Below are positions 9,864 to 19,242 of a DNA stretch of 64,000 bases, in pieces. Positions within the stretch are counted from its first letter, which is position 1; the number at the start of each line of letters is the position of its first letter. The position numbers were made by a program, and so were the translations under genes. The DNA is from a virus. The stretch is taken from positions 18,985 to 82,984 of the IMG/VR virus record IMGVR_UViG_3300015199_000002; one strand, given 5' to 3'. Below the pieces are notes generated by a model, which saw nothing but the letters and a program-made list of their open reading frames with translations, searched no databases and had not been told where the DNA came from.

Positions 9864-11735
9864 CTACTGGTAATATTCTTCAATCACTATGAGGCCGGAT
9901 CCACCGTTTCCGGCATTGAAACTTCCGCCGGTTCCGTGTGTTCCGCCTGCGCCAACTGAATATAAATAACTCGATGCAGGGCTTGTGATTATGCCGACAA
10001 CGGCCGCGCCGGCGCCTCCGCCTCCGCCAGTCACGATCGCAGTGCTGTTATTGAAGCCGCCGCCTCCGCCCGCTCCGCTATTAGCTGCGCCGTTATTAGA
10101 AGGGCCGCCAGCGCCACCAAAAATTCCTGCTCCGCCCATACCGCCGGCAGTAGATACTGTGGTTGTCGCCAAAAATCCGCTGGCGCCGTCGCTCCCCGTT
10201 TGAGACACTACTTTAACTGTGGTATTTGTAGAAATTAAGCCGCCAGCTCCGCCGGCAGCCCCATTTGGTCCGCTAGCTCCGCCGCTTCCTCCGTCTGCCG
10301 AAATAACAGAGCCGAAGGTTGTTGATGCACCACTATTGCCGTTATTACCGCCGGCGCCCGACTGGCCTCCAGCTCCACCGCCGCCTATGGCCGTGATCTT
10401 AATGTAGAGGGGGGCCGGGGAAGATGGCGTCAGATATGTTTGATTCGTACCAGAGGTGAATCTTTGCACCGTAGGGGCAATAGGACTTGCTAAAGAGCTT
10501 GCCCACTTGACGCCAAGCGCCTGCGCACTATCGGCAGTCAATACTGTCCCGTTTGCTCCGACAGGGATGCGAGCGTTTACTGTGTTGTAGCCTAGTAAAT
10601 CCCCTTTAGTAGTGAGAGGGCTAAGCGCATTGAGACCAGCATTTGCCGTTGTCTGCCCTGTACCGCCTCGGCTGATTGCTATGGGGGTTGCGTTCCAGGA
10701 GCCAGTTGAAATTGACCCGACCGTAGCAAGAGACGGCGCAGATGTCAGCGCTGATAGAGTAGCAAGGGTAGAGTTAGTGGTGGCGACTAAGCTTGTAGCA
10801 GTTGCCCCAGGGCCAGTTCCCGTTACGTCCCCAGTGAGAGATGTAACAGCGAATGACGAAGCAGAAGTCCAAGTCATAGGGCTAGAAGAGCCCCCTCCGC
10901 TAGTTAAAACCTGACCTGAAGTTCCTGCCGTTGAAGGGAGGTTAAAATTATATGAGCTGACTGCGGCGAGAGATAGCAGGGAAACAGTAGCGGAGCCGTT
11001 GACAAAATTGATGCCAAATCCGCCAAAGGAACTGATTGTGCCATTTAGATTCAGTCCTCCTGATAATATGAGGTTGCCGCCGTTAGAGCTTGCAGATAAA
11101 GCCGCGGTACCGCTTGAGGATCCTGGGATGTTAATCCCGTTGAAAGCGTTGATTACGCCAGTTGCGTTCAGTCCGCCGGAGGTTACTAAAAATCCTCCGT
11201 TAGTGCTGGCTGAAATGGTAGCAGTGCCGCTTGAGGAGCCGGCTATGCTGATTGTTTGCCCTGCTGCAACGTTTGTATGCCCATTAATTTGCGCGGTTCC
11301 GCTTATGGTAGGATTTACTATACTTGCATTTGATATAGTACCACCTGAAATGGTCGGTGCCGAAATCACAGCATTTAATAGCGAATTGCTATTTAGGTTG
11401 ATGTTTGAGCCGAACAAGAAGTTGTTGCTCGAATCAAGAGTAAGACCTATATCCGCGTTGCCTCCGGCGTTTCGAAAATTGATGAATTGCGAATTTGCGA
11501 GCCTGAGTACTCCAGCCGAAGCGGCGCCATTAGCCGAGGATACAAAGTAAGGCGAGATCAAGCCGAAGTTTGGCCCGAAGTTTGCATCTGCTGTCAATAC
11601 AAACGCACCGCCGCTCTTGGCCAAGACGCCGTTAGAGAGGGCGATTAAGTACGCAGATAGACTAGGGCCCCAGGCGCTATCGCCTACGGCCGGGATGCTG
11701 TAAGTTACATTATTTAATACAACCGAAGTTGCCAA
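9864..11735 (-). CDS. Fibre protein with glycine-rich C-terminal domain
   Basis: 623 aa; shaft motif LSPLTTKGDLLGY...RIPVGANGTVLTADS; C-terminal Gly-rich domain (FTSGT...IKITAIGGGGAGG...GGSGLIVIEEY). Confidence 0.8.
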   Translation of the reverse strand: MATSVVLNNVTYSIPAVGDSAWGPSLSAYLIALSNGVLAKSGGAFVLTADANFGPNFGLISPYFVSSANGAASAGVLRLANSQFINFRNAGGNADIGLTLDSSNNFLFGSNINLNSNSLLNAVISAPTISGGTISNASIVNPTISGTAQINGHTNVAAGQTISIAGSSSGTATISASTNGGFLVTSGGLNATGVINAFNGINIPGSSSGTAALSASSNGGNLILSGGLNLNGTISSFGGFGINFVNGSATVSLLSLAAVSSYNFNLPSTAGTSGQVLTSGGGSSSPMTWTSASSFAVTSLTGDVTGTGPGATATSLVATTNSTLATLSALTSAPSLATVGSISTGSWNATPIAISRGGTGQTTANAGLNALSPLTTKGDLLGYNTVNARIPVGANGTVLTADSAQALGVKWASSLASPIAPTVQRFTSGTNQTYLTPSSPAPLYIKITAIGGGGAGGQSGAGGNNGNSGASTTFGSVISADGGSGGASGPNGAAGGAGGLISTNTTVKVVSQTGSDGASGFLATTTVSTAGGMGGAGIFGGAGGPSNNGAANSGAGGGGGFNNSTAIVTGGGGGAGAAVVGIITSPASSYLYSVGAGGTHGTGGSFNAGNGGSGLIVIEEYYQ

Positions 11736-11800
11736 GTGGGTATCCTATTCTTTTCTGGGCTCTATCCGTGAGCCCACAACCTAAAAGGGACAGGAACCTA

Positions 11801-13363
11801 CTAGAAGCCCAAATGGTAGGTGTTTAAGGCACTGACCGTAGTTGGGGCAGCTCCGCCTGTTAACCTAGCGCCGCTGGCGCTCACTCCGCCAGTCCCTGAG
11901 ATGGTGGTCATGTTCCCGTAAATACCGGGGGCTATGGCGGTTAAAGTAACCACCGAGCTTGGGCTATTCGTAGGAGTAGCCAAAGTGTCCGTATTCGTGT
12001 CAAACGTGATCGCACCGGTGCGTGCCATCGCAGCTCCTGTGATGGTCGCTCCCGTGTTGAACGTGATGCTTGCAAGGGCGACGATAATGCCCTTCATTAC
12101 AGACGTGGTTCCAAGAGTCGCCGAACTGCCGACTTGCCAGAACACGTTACCTGCCTGAGCTCCGCCTGTGAGTACCACAGACGCCGCAGAGGCCGCCGTC
12201 AACGTGCTTCCGATTTGGAACACGAATGTGTCATTAGCGCCACCGTGTAGGGTGAGCGTTCCGGTCAACTGAGCAGAGGTGTTAAACGTATACACACCAG
12301 GAGCGAGTGTCATTCCGCCCAGGTTCTGTCCAGAGAGGTTCTCGTTCGAGGGAAGAGCTGCTAGGTAGTTGTAGATCGACGTTGCAGCAACCTGAGCATT
12401 AGCCGCTGCCGTATTAGCAACGTCCGATGACCCAGATACGGTAGGAGCGCCCGTTACAGAGGTTCCGGGGCTGAGTGCCAAAGAGCCCGTAATAGTTGTG
12501 CTACCGGTGTTTGTGATCGTCGAGGAAGCAATTGCAGCGTAAGTTGCTGCAGCTCCCATAACAGGGGCAAGAGGCCCTGCACCAGGAGTTCCGCCAACCG
12601 GCTTAACTACCGAGGTAACGAACGGGTTAATGCTCGTATTGGCCGCGATAGCCGCAGACAGGTTAGCCGCCGTTTCTGCGTCTGTAAAGCCTTGCTCGTA
12701 CTGAACGCTGCTTACAGCGCTTCCCGTGATCGTGTGCGTGAAGGTGAAGCTTGTCGGAGCAGATCCGTCAGCAACCGCGGTAGCGACGCCAGCAGCGTTA
12801 TTGGTAACGATAACATGACCAGAAGCTCCTGAGGTAAGCGTTACGTTGACTGTAGGTAGAGCAGCGGCAGCAGCAACCGTAGCTAGAGCAAGAGTAGCGG
12901 CAGAGGCATTAGTAGCACCTGCAACCATGATGCCCGTTCGGCTAGCAGGAGCAGGGTCAACGCCCGCGCCGTTAATGTTGTACCAAACATAGTACTTATG
13001 CGCCGCTGATTGGTCTTGGAAAATGAAAAATTTACTGTTCAAACTGCCGGCAGTGTCTGCAGTCAGCGTAATGTTTGTCGTATCTCTGTGATCGACATCT
13101 GTCAGGGTAACTCCGTTAATGATCGCTGTGTTACCAGCTGCGCTTCCTGATAGAGTCAAAGTGCCGCTAGCGAGCACTGCGTCGCCAGAGTTAACTTGGG
13201 AGGTGAAATAGCAGTCGCGGTTGCCGATTGAGGCGGCGGAGAAGAACCTTGCTGCGTATACGGCTTCGACTCGAGGTTTCGAGGACGGGCGAAGGAGGAG
13301 ATCCTTACACGTCTGAAAAGCTTCTGTTCTGTGAGTGATTACGAGAGTAGTTTGGTTAGGCAT
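11801..13363 (-). CDS. Probable virion decoration protein containing a DUF3494 ice-binding beta-solenoid domain
   Basis: First gene downstream of the major capsid gene. About 11985-12560 encodes ITNTGST.ITG...SPGTSVTG...LGGMTLAPGVY...LTL...FVFQIGSTLT...VVLTGGAQAGNVFWQVGSSATLG, the DUF3494 signature. Confidence 0.85.
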   Translation of the reverse strand: MPNQTTLVITHRTEAFQTCKDLLLRPSSKPRVEAVYAARFFSAASIGNRDCYFTSQVNSGDAVLASGTLTLSGSAAGNTAIINGVTLTDVDHRDTTNITLTADTAGSLNSKFFIFQDQSAAHKYYVWYNINGAGVDPAPASRTGIMVAGATNASAATLALATVAAAAALPTVNVTLTSGASGHVIVTNNAAGVATAVADGSAPTSFTFTHTITGSAVSSVQYEQGFTDAETAANLSAAIAANTSINPFVTSVVKPVGGTPGAGPLAPVMGAAATYAAIASSTITNTGSTTITGSLALSPGTSVTGAPTVSGSSDVANTAAANAQVAATSIYNYLAALPSNENLSGQNLGGMTLAPGVYTFNTSAQLTGTLTLHGGANDTFVFQIGSTLTAASAASVVLTGGAQAGNVFWQVGSSATLGTTSVMKGIIVALASITFNTGATITGAAMARTGAITFDTNTDTLATPTNSPSSVVTLTAIAPGIYGNMTTISGTGGVSASGARLTGGAAPTTVSALNTYHLGF

Positions 13364-13431
13364 TGTCTTATTTCCTTATGACCCCGGGATTTTTTTGAAC
13401 AGCGCGTTTGGGGCAATAGTACTGTTCGTTT

Positions 13432-13479
13432 AAAAAAGAGTCAGGGCCAGCAAGCGTTTTAAGCTTGCCAGCCCTAACT
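13432..13479 (-). terminator. Intrinsic terminator after the major capsid gene
   Basis: Minus strand reads GTTAGGGCTGGCAAGC-ttaaaac-GCTTGCTGGCCCTGAC followed by TCTTTTTT. Confidence 0.75.
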
Positions 13480-13491
13480 ATTACCTAACAA

Positions 13492-14778
13492 TTAAGTAGG
13501 TTGGATCTGCGTGAACTTAACAGTGTGGGCAGGAGCTTCGATCAAGATAGCTTGATCGGTATAAGCTCTGGTTACCCATCCGTTCGTGCTCTGGTTCTGG
13601 AACAGATATTCTTCTTGTCCAGTCGGCCCTTCGCCGCGGAACGAGATGTCCGTCGAACCAACGCGTTGGATGATGTCAAGAGGAAGCGCGAACGCATCGC
13701 CTGACTTCACCATCGGGTGTGGTACGAGTTCGATCACGCCATTCTGTCCGTAGAATGTAACCGTTTCAAAGCCGTTTTCAGCCTTCTTCTTGGAATAGCT
13801 GCCGTCAAACTTACGTTGAGCCGCGAGGTCAGACATAATGTTTGCGAACGAGTCTGGGTTCATGAGAAGAGCAACGTCTTCCATCAAACCACGACCGACT
13901 GCGAGAGCGAGACCCGAGAGGATTTTACCCATCGAGAATTCTGCAGTTCCGCAAGGATAGATGTTACCCTGCCAGAGATTGTAGGTCGTAGCGTTAATGT
14001 TGAACAACGTTCCGGTGTTCGTCATGATGGCGTCGATGCCCGTCATTTCGTTACCGAAGGCGCCGTAGAAGAAGAACGTAGCCGCGAGGCCTGCTCCGTC
14101 GACGGCCGTCAAGTCAGCGCTGTTTCCAGAAACGGAAATAGTGTGAAGTGAAGCGTTGACTGCAGTCACAACGATAGCAGCGTTCGTGTTCAGCTGTGAA
14201 GAGACGTTATACGCATCGAGAGACGCGTTTTCCATCCCAGACCAGATTCCGTTTGCCCAAGTGGCAGGAGAAATCGTATAAGTACGAGTTCCGCCTGAAC
14301 CAGAGGTAGAAAGAACCTGACCGATACCGGTAGAAGATCCACCGTAAATCAGAGCAATTTCAACGCGCTTCGTTGCAGAGAGCTTCATGCGTTCCATCAA
14401 GAGACGGACAGCTTGCTCTACGCAAGTTTCGCCTTTTGACTGGGCGCGGGACACGGCGCCGTAGCTGATGCCGGACTGGAGCGTGAGCTCCGAGCCAGGA
14501 ATCTGAGCATCTTGCATTTGCATGCTGATTGCGCTGTTGAGGTTGTAGTTGAGCGCCGAGTTCCCACCGTAGGTGAAACCGTGCTCGTCTGAGACCACGA
14601 CCGGGAGGTGGTACTTGTCCCCTAGGAGCGCCGCTCGAGCGAACGGAAGACGCTTCTGGAGAATACCCCAATCTGGAATTAAGTCTTTAACTTCACGGGA
14701 ATAGATCTGTCTGAAGAGACCGTTTAGGGTCGCTCCGACGTTGGTATTTGTGCCCTGGTTCGAAGATGGTTGAGCCAT
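13492..14778 (-). CDS. Major capsid protein
   Basis: 428 aa; LNGLFRQIY...V.DLIP N-terminus; pyrimidine-rich codon bias typical of highly expressed genes; AAGGA RBS, long leader and own terminator; downstream of portal and scaffold. Confidence 0.8.
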   Translation of the reverse strand: MAQPSSNQGTNTNVGATLNGLFRQIYSREVKDLIPDWGILQKRLPFARAALLGDKYHLPVVVSDEHGFTYGGNSALNYNLNSAISMQMQDAQIPGSELTLQSGISYGAVSRAQSKGETCVEQAVRLLMERMKLSATKRVEIALIYGGSSTGIGQVLSTSGSGGTRTYTISPATWANGIWSGMENASLDAYNVSSQLNTNAAIVVTAVNASLHTISVSGNSADLTAVDGAGLAATFFFYGAFGNEMTGIDAIMTNTGTLFNINATTYNLWQGNIYPCGTAEFSMGKILSGLALAVGRGLMEDVALLMNPDSFANIMSDLAAQRKFDGSYSKKKAENGFETVTFYGQNGVIELVPHPMVKSGDAFALPLDIIQRVGSTDISFRGEGPTGQEEYLFQNQSTNGWVTRAYTDQAILIEAPAHTVKFTQIQPT

Positions 14779-15047
14779 TTTATTGAAATCCTTTGTTATT
14801 ACCGAGTTGCTCAGTAAATTATTAGTTAAACTATTTATTGCTTAATTTGCTGGGTAGGACTAGCCATCCATTTGTGCAAATAAGGCCTAAGTGCTTCTCG
14901 CTCATCGCATTGCGCGGTAGAACGAGGACTCAAAGTCCTCATTGTACAAGGGACAGGATCCCGGGGTAAATATTGACACTCTACTATTTATTCGTATTAG
15001 CCTGTAATTAAGCGTACTTAGGATATAAGTTTTTTCTTTTTATATTA

Positions 15048-15860
15048 ATGAAAATGTGGTATTTTGGTAAAAGCATGAAAACGTGCGTAAAGTGCAACAC
15101 TAAAGAAGCCGCGCTACGATACATAGGGAAAACTTGCTATACGTGTTACCGCAAAACCTACGTGGAAGGGCGTAAAGAAAAAATAAGAGCCCAGCGTAAA
15201 GCCAATTATGATGCACATAGGGGAGAAAGAAAGGCCTCCAGAATCGCCTACTACCGTGCGCACAAAGAAGAAGAGCTGGCCCGTCAAAAGAATTACCGGG
15301 ATGCCCACAGAGAAGAAATAAGGGACTATGCTAGGGCACATAAAGGAGAAAGAAAGGCCTACCACAAAGCATACAATCAGGCGCATAAAGAACAAAAAAG
15401 AGCATGGCATAAAGCCAATGATCATATGCGCAAAGAAGAAAGAAAGGCCTATCGTAAGGTCTACAGGCAAGAAAATAAAGAAAAAATAAGGGAGTATAAT
15501 AAGGCCTATGATCGGGACTATACAAGAAAACGCCGCACAGTTGACATTCAATTTAAAATCAGGCTTAACCTAAGATCTCGACTTCATGCCGTGCTTAAAG
15601 GAAAAATAAAAGTCGGCTCGGCGGTCACAGACCTCGGCTGCTCCGTAGAAGATCTTAAAAAGCACCTAGAAAGCCAGTTCTCCCCAGGCATGAGCTGGGA
15701 AAATTATGGAAATAAAGAGGGTCAATGGAGTATAGATCACATCTTTCCGTTATCTAAAGCTGACTTAACTGACAAAGAACAATTCTTAAAAGTTTGTCAT
15801 TACACTAATTTACAGCCCTTGTGGCACCTCGACAACATGCGCAAAGGAAACAAAGTTTAG
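15048..15860 (+). CDS. HNH-like homing endonuclease, antisense to the late operon
   Basis: Basic helical repeats followed by LGCSVEDLKKHLE.QF..GMSWENYG...WSIDHIFP...HYTNLQPLW..N..KGNK. Start may be MKTC at 15076. Confidence 0.75.
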   Translation: MKMWYFGKSMKTCVKCNTKEAALRYIGKTCYTCYRKTYVEGRKEKIRAQRKANYDAHRGERKASRIAYYRAHKEEELARQKNYRDAHREEIRDYARAHKGERKAYHKAYNQAHKEQKRAWHKANDHMRKEERKAYRKVYRQENKEKIREYNKAYDRDYTRKRRTVDIQFKIRLNLRSRLHAVLKGKIKVGSAVTDLGCSVEDLKKHLESQFSPGMSWENYGNKEGQWSIDHIFPLSKADLTDKEQFLKVCHYTNLQPLWHLDNMRKGNKV

Positions 15861-15861
15861 A

Positions 15862-15897
15862 TTTACAGTGCTTTACAATAGTTTACAGTACTTTACA
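15862..15897 (+). repeat. Four TTTACA direct repeats at exact 10-bp period
   Basis: TTTACA at 15862, 15872, 15882 and 15892. Confidence 0.8.
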
Positions 15898-15999
15898 TAC
15901 CATAAACCATAAAACGCGTATCTACTTGATTTTATTAAACTACGCGAGCAGGGCCTACGAAATAACAACTCCCCTGCCCGCGTCTCGTGCTAGCGCTGT

Positions 16000-16143
16000 C
16001 TAAAAGTAGCCCGCCATCTTGAGCCCTAATATAGCAAGTTGCGATAAATTGATCCCAATCGAGATCATCAGGTACTTCCGGTAAGGGATGACCTGCTTAT
16101 TCTTAGGAACGTCTTTGATGTCGGTGTACATTATTGTTGCCAT
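16000..16143 (-). CDS. Small membrane protein (47 aa), absent from the ORF track
   Basis: Hand translation MATIMYTDIKDVPKNKQVIPYRKYLMISIGINLSQLAILGLKMAGYF; starts 2 nt after the upstream stop. Confidence 0.5.
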   Translation of the reverse strand: MATIMYTDIKDVPKNKQVIPYRKYLMISIGINLSQLAILGLKMAGYF

Positions 16144-16145
16144 GA

Positions 16146-16682
16146 TTAGTCTCTGGTACCGGTTAATTCGAACAGCTCGGGATGAGCTTTAAAGATATTC
16201 TGCAAGTCTTGTGGGGCTATAGAGCCCTCTCCGTACCCGGATAGGACGTTGGACAACCCGCAGGCCTTTAAATACGCCACGCAAAGCTGAGAGCAGATCA
16301 TTCCCTGAGAAAACCAGTTGTTCTTCGCTTTAATGTCCTTACCGAACAATAGGCAAAGCGCTCTCCACATAAAGTAGGGGTATTGTAGGAACCCGTAAGA
16401 AATCTCAAGGTCGCTAAGAATGGAGATGATGGCTTTGTCCTTTACGGTCTGGTCTATTTTAATAGTCCATATTTCATACCCTTGCTCGGGGTTGTATATG
16501 TAACTATTATCAAATCTGGTAAAATCTACGCCGACTTCAGCGGCTTCAATGCACATCGGGACGCCTAAAATATCGGGGGTAGTGACTAGGCTGTGGCTAA
16601 ATTTTGATTTTGTGAATTTTTTAATTGCCTGAGCAACAAAGCCGGTTTTAGAACTGGCTAAAACTATATCGCCGTAGTCCAT
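16146..16682 (-). CDS. Permuted papain-like NlpC/P60 amidase (YiiX/YebB-like)
   Basis: GDIVL...AIKKFTKSKFSHS (catalytic His) precedes ICSQL (catalytic Cys), the permuted order. Confidence 0.75.
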   Translation of the reverse strand: MDYGDIVLASSKTGFVAQAIKKFTKSKFSHSLVTTPDILGVPMCIEAAEVGVDFTRFDNSYIYNPEQGYEIWTIKIDQTVKDKAIISILSDLEISYGFLQYPYFMWRALCLLFGKDIKAKNNWFSQGMICSQLCVAYLKACGLSNVLSGYGEGSIAPQDLQNIFKAHPELFELTGTRD

Positions 16683-16685
16683 AAG

Positions 16686-17357
16686 TTAACCTTGTATAGC
16701 CCATTCAATGTTAATAAAAAGCTTACCTGTAGTTATACCATTAGCTTTTTTAGCTACAATTTTCATATAGAATCCAGAAGGAGCAAATCCGTAATAACCT
16801 ATAGTTTCAGCTTTTAAAGTTCCGCGCACTGGGGGTAAATACCATCCTTGGTTTGCTAAAGGAGCGGCGTCATCGGTATAACTACCAATGACAGCATCAA
16901 CTCCACCACCTAGGATATTGTCGTGATCAACAAACCAAACTCCCAAAATCTTATCGCCAGCTGTTGGGGCATCGAAAAATGCTTCCCCTGAATTGATAAA
17001 TCTACCCTTGCCAGATCCAGGGGTTCCTGGAACCAACATTAAAATAGTTGCGGTGCTGTCTGATTGAACATCTCCTTCACCGCAGAAAAGTTTTAATGTT
17101 TTATTTGGAATTTCAAATTGAGTTGTTACTGAGGTTAAAGTTGGTAAAATAGGGGCGTTAGCTGTTGGTTTAAAATTAGTTTCAAAATCAGACTGGTCCG
17201 AACTTGCAGGACCGGTAATAGAAATTTGACCGCTTACTTCAGCTTGCCCATCTATCGCCCAAAGGTAATAAGTATCGGATGTTTGTACATATTGGATGCT
17301 TAAATTTCTTTCTTGAGCGAAACTCTTGAGTGTTGCCCAATCTACTCCGATTTGCAT
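16686..17357 (-). CDS. Putative structural protein
   Basis: 223 aa, beta-rich C-terminal part, inside the late operon. Confidence 0.55.
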   Translation of the reverse strand: MQIGVDWATLKSFAQERNLSIQYVQTSDTYYLWAIDGQAEVSGQISITGPASSDQSDFETNFKPTANAPILPTLTSVTTQFEIPNKTLKLFCGEGDVQSDSTATILMLVPGTPGSGKGRFINSGEAFFDAPTAGDKILGVWFVDHDNILGGGVDAVIGSYTDDAAPLANQGWYLPPVRGTLKAETIGYYGFAPSGFYMKIVAKKANGITTGKLFINIEWAIQG

Positions 17358-17366
17358 AAATACCTC

Positions 17367-19181
17367 TTAATACTCATATCCGCTAATTGATACTTTACCG
17401 TAACCAACGGCTGCTGCTGTTCCGGTAGCCCCGATGCCTTGGATAGTAATCCCTATTCCGGTTCCGCCGGCGAACTCTAGTCCATCCGGTATCTCTATTA
17501 CCATTGCTTGAGATATGCCTGCTGTAGCTGAAGCTGCTCCTATAGACCAAGAATCAACCAATGGAGAACCGAGAGCTACGACGCCGGATAAGTTTGCTCT
17601 CATATTTACCTGAATGGTTCCTGCTGTAGTTATCGCTACATATGTTATTGTAATTTTCTGGATACGATAAGTTTTTCCTGTAGTAACAACTGCGGGGGTA
17701 GTGGTTGCTCCAACAGCAGCACCAGACTTATATCCAGTTAAAGATTGTAGTGTTTCTGTATTAGTAGAAACTACCTGAGCTGCCATGAAAAGATTAGAAA
17801 TATTTCTTCCTGTATCTTTTTGATCTTGTGTAGAAACTGCATACGTACTTTGAGTATTTTTAGCGTTAATTGGTAATTCTCTGACGTTGGTGCCGTCAGT
17901 TCCGCCTACTTGCACAGGGTTGCCGCTAATTGCCGACCCAGCTGCAGTTGTTCCCACAACCTGAGCATTTAGTGCAGATGCGGTAGCATTAAATACCTGT
18001 ACTGAGGAGACCCCGGCCCCGGCGTTCCAAGCAACAGTAGCTGTGCCTGATGTGTACGTACTGCACCTAAATCTAACCTGCTGAAATCCTCCACAAGGGA
18101 TCATAAAGAGACCGGGAGAATTTAGCGAAGGTAATATAATCGGGGAACTCTGTACCTGGATCGCCTCAATTGCAGTCCAGTTTGTACCGTCTGCGGTCGC
18201 TTCGGGACTTAAAACAAGAGTAAATGTTCCGGTAACTTGAAAGTTAATTGTTGAACATCCGTTTACCGTTGCGGTTACTGCTCCGTTCAGAGCATTTATT
18301 GTCCCGGAGCCACTCTTATCTAAAAAGGTGTTGATGCCGGTTTGGTCGGTAGGCAGAACTGCTCTAATAACCTGAGCAGATGTTGTTCCACTTCCAAATA
18401 GAGCAGCTCCGGTTGAGTTACCAATTTGCGCCGCAGTTCTTAGGGTTTGGCCCCCCACTGTGCCGAAATTGAAATCGGCGGCTCCTGTGGCGTTTCCTAT
18501 CTCAGCTGCAGTTCTAAGAGTTTGCGCTCCAACAGTTCCGAAGTTAAAATCAGCTGCACCTGTTGCGTTACCGATTTGGGCAGCGGATCTTAGAGTATTT
18601 GCTCCAACCGCACCATAGTTTTCATCGTACGGGAAGGGTGCTGGAGGCTCTCCGGACCCCGCATTCCAGCTAACGGTGGCCGTTCCTGACGTGTATGAAG
18701 AACAGCGGAGTCTAACCTGTTGGAATCCTCCGCAATCAATCCGGAAGAGACCTGGAGAATTTAGCGAGGAGATTACGAAAGAGGCATACTGAACCTGTAC
18801 TATAGAAATCGCAGTCCAGTTTGTACCGTCAGCTGTTCCCTCCGGACTCAAAACAAGGCTAAATGTTCCGGTAACTTGAAAATATGTTGTGGAACAACCA
18901 TTGACTGTCTCAGTTATTGTTGCGTTTAATGCTGATATTGTTCCAGATCCAGATTTGTCTAGAAAAGTGTTAATTCCGGTTTGATTAGATGATAGAGTAA
19001 CTGGAAGAGAAGCTGCCATTAAACCTTGGCCTACGCTAATAGCGTTCCCCGATCCATCGTTTAAATTTGTTGGTACGTGGCCAGTTGAAGTTACTTCTAA
19101 CCAGTTATCTTCAACACCAGAAGAATTAGAGCCTACTATTTTAACGGATTGTGATGCTTGCGCCTCAGTAAGATCTGCCAT
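17367..19181 (-). CDS. Putative head fibre or decoration protein with duplicated domain and 25-aa repeats
   Basis: A ~110-aa domain occurs twice (TGINTFLDKSGSGTI...GGFQQVR.RCS.YTSGTATV.WNAG), flanking AAQIGNATGAADFNFGTVGAQTLRT repeats. Confidence 0.65.
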   Translation of the reverse strand: MADLTEAQASQSVKIVGSNSSGVEDNWLEVTSTGHVPTNLNDGSGNAISVGQGLMAASLPVTLSSNQTGINTFLDKSGSGTISALNATITETVNGCSTTYFQVTGTFSLVLSPEGTADGTNWTAISIVQVQYASFVISSLNSPGLFRIDCGGFQQVRLRCSSYTSGTATVSWNAGSGEPPAPFPYDENYGAVGANTLRSAAQIGNATGAADFNFGTVGAQTLRTAAEIGNATGAADFNFGTVGGQTLRTAAQIGNSTGAALFGSGTTSAQVIRAVLPTDQTGINTFLDKSGSGTINALNGAVTATVNGCSTINFQVTGTFTLVLSPEATADGTNWTAIEAIQVQSSPIILPSLNSPGLFMIPCGGFQQVRFRCSTYTSGTATVAWNAGAGVSSVQVFNATASALNAQVVGTTAAGSAISGNPVQVGGTDGTNVRELPINAKNTQSTYAVSTQDQKDTGRNISNLFMAAQVVSTNTETLQSLTGYKSGAAVGATTTPAVVTTGKTYRIQKITITYVAITTAGTIQVNMRANLSGVVALGSPLVDSWSIGAASATAGISQAMVIEIPDGLEFAGGTGIGITIQGIGATGTAAAVGYGKVSISGYEY

Positions 19182-19198
19182 TTAAAACTCTTAGTTTA

Positions 19199-19234
19199 AA
19201 AAAATAAGGGGGAGAAGAAGATTCTTCTCCCCAA
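19199..19234 (-). terminator. Intrinsic terminator
   Basis: Minus strand GGGGAGAAGAA-tc-TTCTTCTCCCC followed by CTTATTTTTTT. Confidence 0.7.
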
Positions 19235-19242
19235 GTTTTATA

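Noticed and set aside
3028-12158. Many plus-strand Val/Pro-rich ORFs over the fibre genes, and similar shadow ORFs elsewhere (e.g. 37799-38179, 47631-48230)
   Set aside because: These are antisense shadows of Thr/Gly/Ser-rich or biased coding sequence, with no RBS or motifs.
11801-13363. Contractile tail sheath gene
   Set aside because: Only the small surface module resembles sheath insertions; the sheath core and tube, baseplate and tape-measure genes are not evident, and the adaptor and nozzle genes suggest a short tail.
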